Assembly (NCBI GenBank): GCA_963779755.1
Contig: CAVZZO010000003.1
Location: 1,344,001-1,408,000, forward strand
DNA from: an uncultured Gemmatimonadales bacterium
GTDB lineage: Bacteria > Gemmatimonadota > Gemmatimonadetes > Gemmatimonadales > GWC2-71-9
DNA: 64,000 bases
Direction of reading: 5' to 3'
Part shown: piece after piece, positions 60,717-64,000 of the stretch
Layout: each line of letters opens with the position of its first letter
Numbering within the stretch: position 1 is the first letter of the stretch
Translations under genes and position numbers: made by a program
Notes under the pieces: model-generated
The model's input: the letters and a program-made list of their open reading frames with translations, nothing else
Database searches by the model: none
What the model was told of the DNA's origin: nothing

Positions 60717-63335
60717 ATGGATCAGAAAGAGTGGGAATCGCTGGAGCCGCTTCTGGACGAGGCGCTGGAGTTGCCGCCCGGTGAACGCGCCTCGTGGCTG
60801 GACCGCCTGCGGAGCCGCTCCGCCGCCCTGGCGGACGCGGTGGAGGCGCTGCTGGCCCGCGAAGCCGAGGCCGACCGGGAGGCCTTCCTGGAAGGGGGGC
60901 TGAGGGTCACCCTGGCTGGGCAGCAGCTCGGGGCCTGGACCCTGGAGCGGCCGCTGGGCCAGGGGGGAATGGGCACCGTCTGGCTGGCCCGGCGGACCGA
61001 CGGCCGCTACGAAGGGATGGCCGCGGTCAAGCTGCTCAACCTGGCGCTGGTCACGCCCGCGGGCCTCCGCCGCTTTCGCCGGGAAGGCAGCACGCTCAGT
61101 CTCCTGGCCCACCCCAACATCGCCCGGCTGCTCGATGCCGGGGTCAGCCCGGCGGGCCAGCCCTATCTCATTCTGGAGTACGTGGACGGGCAGCCGGTCG
61201 ACGCCTGGGCCGCCGCGCGCGGGCTCGGTCTGCGGGAACGGCTCCAGCTCTTCCAGCAGGTGCTGGGGGCCGTGGGGCACGCGCACGCGCATCTGGTGGT
61301 GCACCGCGACCTGAAACCCGGCAACATTCTGGTCACGGCCGACGGCAGGGTGCAGCTGCTGGATTTCGGCATCGCCAAGCTGCTCGACACCGAGGGCGCC
61401 GATCTGGAGACGCGCACCAGCATCCGGGCGCTGACACCCATGTTCGCCGCGCCGGAGCAGCTCTCGGGCGACCAGATCACCACCGCAACCGACATCTACG
61501 CCCTCGGCGTCCTGCTCTATCTCCTGGTCTCCGGGCGCCACCCCACGGCAGGCGATGCCCGCACCCCCGCCGACGCCGTGCGCCGCGCGCTGGAGATCGA
61601 GCCGGCCCCGCTGCATCTGGGAGACCTCGACACCGTCCTGGCCAAGGCGCTGCGCAAGTCCGCGGCGGAGCGCTATCAGACCGTCGCCGCGCTGAGCGAA
61701 GATCTGACCCATTACCTGAATCACGAACCGGTGAGCGCCCGGGCACCGTCCTGGAATTATCGCAGCGCCCGGTTCCTCCGCCGCCACCGCGCCGGCGTCG
61801 TCGCGGCCGCGCTGGCCGCCGCGACCCTGGTGGGCGCGACCGTCTACTCCACCTCGCAACGGGCCGAAGCCATCCGCCAGCGGGATGCCGCCCGGGACGA
61901 GCGGCACCGGGCCGACGCCCAGGTCGAATTCCAGGATCTGCTGCTGTCGGAGGTCGGCGACAAGCCGGTCACCATGCGGCAACTGCTGGACCGCGGGCGC
62001 GGCGTACTCGAGCGCCAGGCCATCGGGGACCCCAAACTCATGGTGACGGTGCTGCTGCAGCTGGCGGAAAATTACGGCGAACTGGGGGACCTGCCGGTCG
62101 GTGATACCCTGCTCGCCCGGGCGGACTCATTCGCCCAGGTGTCGGGCGACCCGGGCGCCAGGGGACGGGTCCACTGCCGGCGCGCGGACCACCTCCGGCA
62201 GCAGGGCCGCTATGCTGACGCCTGGCGCGAGATGGACCAGGCCGACAGCCTCATGCGGAACCTGGCGCGCTCGACCGATCGCGTCGGTTGTCTCGTGATC
62301 CGCTCGCACCTGGCCGAGGAGTCGGGCCTCCACACCGATCTGGCCCTGGCCAGCACGCAGGAGGCCCTGGCCATATTGGACAGCCTGGGGGACACCGACA
62401 ACATGCTGTATGTCAGTGTCCTGGGGGAAGTGTCCTCCGGGCTGTCGGTGGAGGGGCGCCACCGGGAAGCGATGGCGGCGCTACGGCGCACCATGGCCCT
62501 GATGGACAGCACCGGCCGGGGCGGTATGCTTCCCCGGATCATCTACCAGCACAACCTGGGCACCATCCTGGCCGAACTGGGCGAGACGGCCGCGGCGGAA
62601 ACCGTGTTCCACGATGTGCTGGTGCGGTCGGCCGGTGCGGACCCGGAGAACGGCGCGCCCGCCCAGCCTCTGATCCACTACGCCGAGACGGCGCTCTATC
62701 AGGGGCATGCCGACAGCGCCGCCAAGTATTTCGCGGAACTGCTTCAGGGCGCCTCCCGCGACTCCAACGCCTACTGGCAGTGCCGCGCCCTGTTCGGCCT
62801 GGCGCGCGCGCAGATCCGGCTGGGCCGCCTGCGCGATGCCCGGGCCAGCGCCGCGCGGTTCCGCCGCCTCTTCCGGGCCAACTTCAAGCGCCTCAACACC
62901 GATGACCAGGTGGCCGATCCTGGCGTCCTGGACGGCTGGCTCGCCCTGGCGGACGGCAGGGTCGCGGCGGCGCACGACCTGCTCGATTCCGTACTCACGA
63001 GCTACGGCTGGCAGGAGAACCGCTACGTGAAGTTGCTCCGTGCCGACGCCCTGCTGATCGCCGCCGCCGACCTCAAGCTGGACAACCTGGACGAGGCACT
63101 GGCCCTGGCGCGGAAATCCGACAGTTCCGCGGTGCTGGACTCCCTGGCCGAATACCGGAGTGCCTATGTCGGGGAGGCCCGGGCCGAGATCGCTCGCATC
63201 CTGCTGGCCCAAGGCGATAGCGCCGGCGCGCGCGCCCGACTGGAGGAAGCGCGTGCGGCCCTGCGCACCGGCGCGGGACCGGAACATCCGCTGACCCGGG
63301 AGACGGAAGACCTGCTGGTGGAGCTGGGACAGTAA
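60717..63335 (+). CDS. Ser/Thr protein kinase with TM segment and TPR-like C-terminus
   Basis: GQGGMGTV, AVK, HPNIARL, HRDLKPGN, DFG, APE. Confidence 0.93.
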   Translation: MDQKEWESLEPLLDEALELPPGERASWLDRLRSRSAALADAVEALLAREAEADREAFLEGGLRVTLAGQQLGAWTLERPLGQGGMGTVWLARRTDGRYEGMAAVKLLNLALVTPAGLRRFRREGSTLSLLAHPNIARLLDAGVSPAGQPYLILEYVDGQPVDAWAAARGLGLRERLQLFQQVLGAVGHAHAHLVVHRDLKPGNILVTADGRVQLLDFGIAKLLDTEGADLETRTSIRALTPMFAAPEQLSGDQITTATDIYALGVLLYLLVSGRHPTAGDARTPADAVRRALEIEPAPLHLGDLDTVLAKALRKSAAERYQTVAALSEDLTHYLNHEPVSARAPSWNYRSARFLRRHRAGVVAAALAAATLVGATVYSTSQRAEAIRQRDAARDERHRADAQVEFQDLLLSEVGDKPVTMRQLLDRGRGVLERQAIGDPKLMVTVLLQLAENYGELGDLPVGDTLLARADSFAQVSGDPGARGRVHCRRADHLRQQGRYADAWREMDQADSLMRNLARSTDRVGCLVIRSHLAEESGLHTDLALASTQEALAILDSLGDTDNMLYVSVLGEVSSGLSVEGRHREAMAALRRTMALMDSTGRGGMLPRIIYQHNLGTILAELGETAAAETVFHDVLVRSAGADPENGAPAQPLIHYAETALYQGHADSAAKYFAELLQGASRDSNAYWQCRALFGLARAQIRLGRLRDARASAARFRRLFRANFKRLNTDDQVADPGVLDGWLALADGRVAAAHDLLDSVLTSYGWQENRYVKLLRADALLIAAADLKLDNLDEALALARKSDSSAVLDSLAEYRSAYVGEARAEIARILLAQGDSAGARARLEEARAALRTGAGPEHPLTRETEDLLVELGQ

Positions 63336-63353
63336 CACATTCCTCTCTTATGC

Positions 63354-63923
63354 TCATCGCGCCTCTCCATCTTCCTGAGAGTGCAGCATCCCATGCAGCA
63401 TGAGCCGGGCCTTCCGCCAGTCGCGCTTGATGGTCCGGTCGGAGACGCCCCGCATGCCGGCGATCTCGGCGAAGGTGAACCCGCAGAAGAAGTGGAGGTC
63501 CACCAGCTGGCTGAGTGCCGGGTTGAGCGTGCCGAGCTCATCCAGCGCCTCGCTGAGCCGGCCCAGTTCTTCGGCCTCGGCTCCCGCGTCGGACGGCAGG
63601 GTCTGATCGCCCACCAGGGTGATCTCGAACTGGCTGCCCCGCTTCTGCGCCCGCCGGGCGCGGACATAGTCGATCACCAGCCCACGCATGGCGCGCGAGG
63701 CGTAGGCCAGAAAGCGGGTCTGATCGGGGAAATCCAGGCCGGCGCGGCCGGCGATGTTCAGGTAGGACTCGTGCAGCAGAGTGGTGGGGCTCAGGGTGAG
63801 GGCAGAGCCCCCGCGGCGCAGATGCTGCTCCGCGATCCGGTGCAGCTCGCCGTAGAGAGCGGCGAACAACTGGTCCGCCGGTGTGGCATCGGCCCGGCGG
63901 AGCAGGTCACCAAGCTCGGGCAT
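63354..63923 (-). CDS. ECF sigma factor (Sig-70_X6 / TIGR02999-like)
   Basis: LYGELHRIA, TLSPTTLLHESY, RAMRGLVIDY.R...AQKRG, VDLHFFCG, TIKRDW. Confidence 0.92.
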   Translation of the reverse strand: MPELGDLLRRADATPADQLFAALYGELHRIAEQHLRRGGSALTLSPTTLLHESYLNIAGRAGLDFPDQTRFLAYASRAMRGLVIDYVRARRAQKRGSQFEITLVGDQTLPSDAGAEAEELGRLSEALDELGTLNPALSQLVDLHFFCGFTFAEIAGMRGVSDRTIKRDWRKARLMLHGMLHSQEDGEAR

Positions 63924-64000
63924 GGAGCACCTCCCGAGAAAGGATTACAAGCATGCGGCCCGGGCCGGGAAACGGCAAGACCGCATTCCCGCCTGACGCC

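Noticed and set aside
60552..61982. N-terminal 477 codons of the 935-aa minus-strand ORF
   Set aside because: Antisense to the kinase; the peroxidase begins at ATG 60551 with a lipoprotein signal.
1..64000. Transposase, prophage, rRNA or tRNA genes
   Set aside because: None recognised in the ORF track or by reading the intergenic sequence.

Overview
High-GC bacterial chromosomal segment. The gene content (ADOP permeases, DUF2911, ECF/Ser-Thr kinase pair) suggests Gemmatimonadota or Acidobacteriota, which is an inference. 1-25.7 kb: tandem array of at least 8 ADOP/MacB-like ABC permeases, then a DUF2911 protein, one ABC ATPase and an NtrC-type two-component pair. 25.8-50 kb: site-2 protease, a MATE pump with an apparent leader-peptide attenuator, msrA, a cysteine-synthase-like enzyme, arsR-arsM-arsC-acr3, a GH27 glycosidase, a phosphoesterase, three peptidases and gnd-zwf-ppgK. 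50-64 kb: PQQ dehydrogenase with the lanthanide-type Asp plus cytochrome c, a PafB/PafC-like WYL pair, PBP1A, rpsU, csp, a di-heme peroxidase and a kinase/ECF sigma pair. Intergenic DNA is full of short tandem repeats and several families of long imperfect hairpins. Best leads: (1) a covarying 105-116-nt hairpin family arrayed at 5.1 kb and 52.1 kb, both times followed by a second hairpin family; (2) a ~365-bp direct repeat bracketing a divergent ADOP gene like a cassette; (3) a PafBC-type promoter motif upstream of pafBC-like genes with no pafA nearby; (4) the MATE attenuator.
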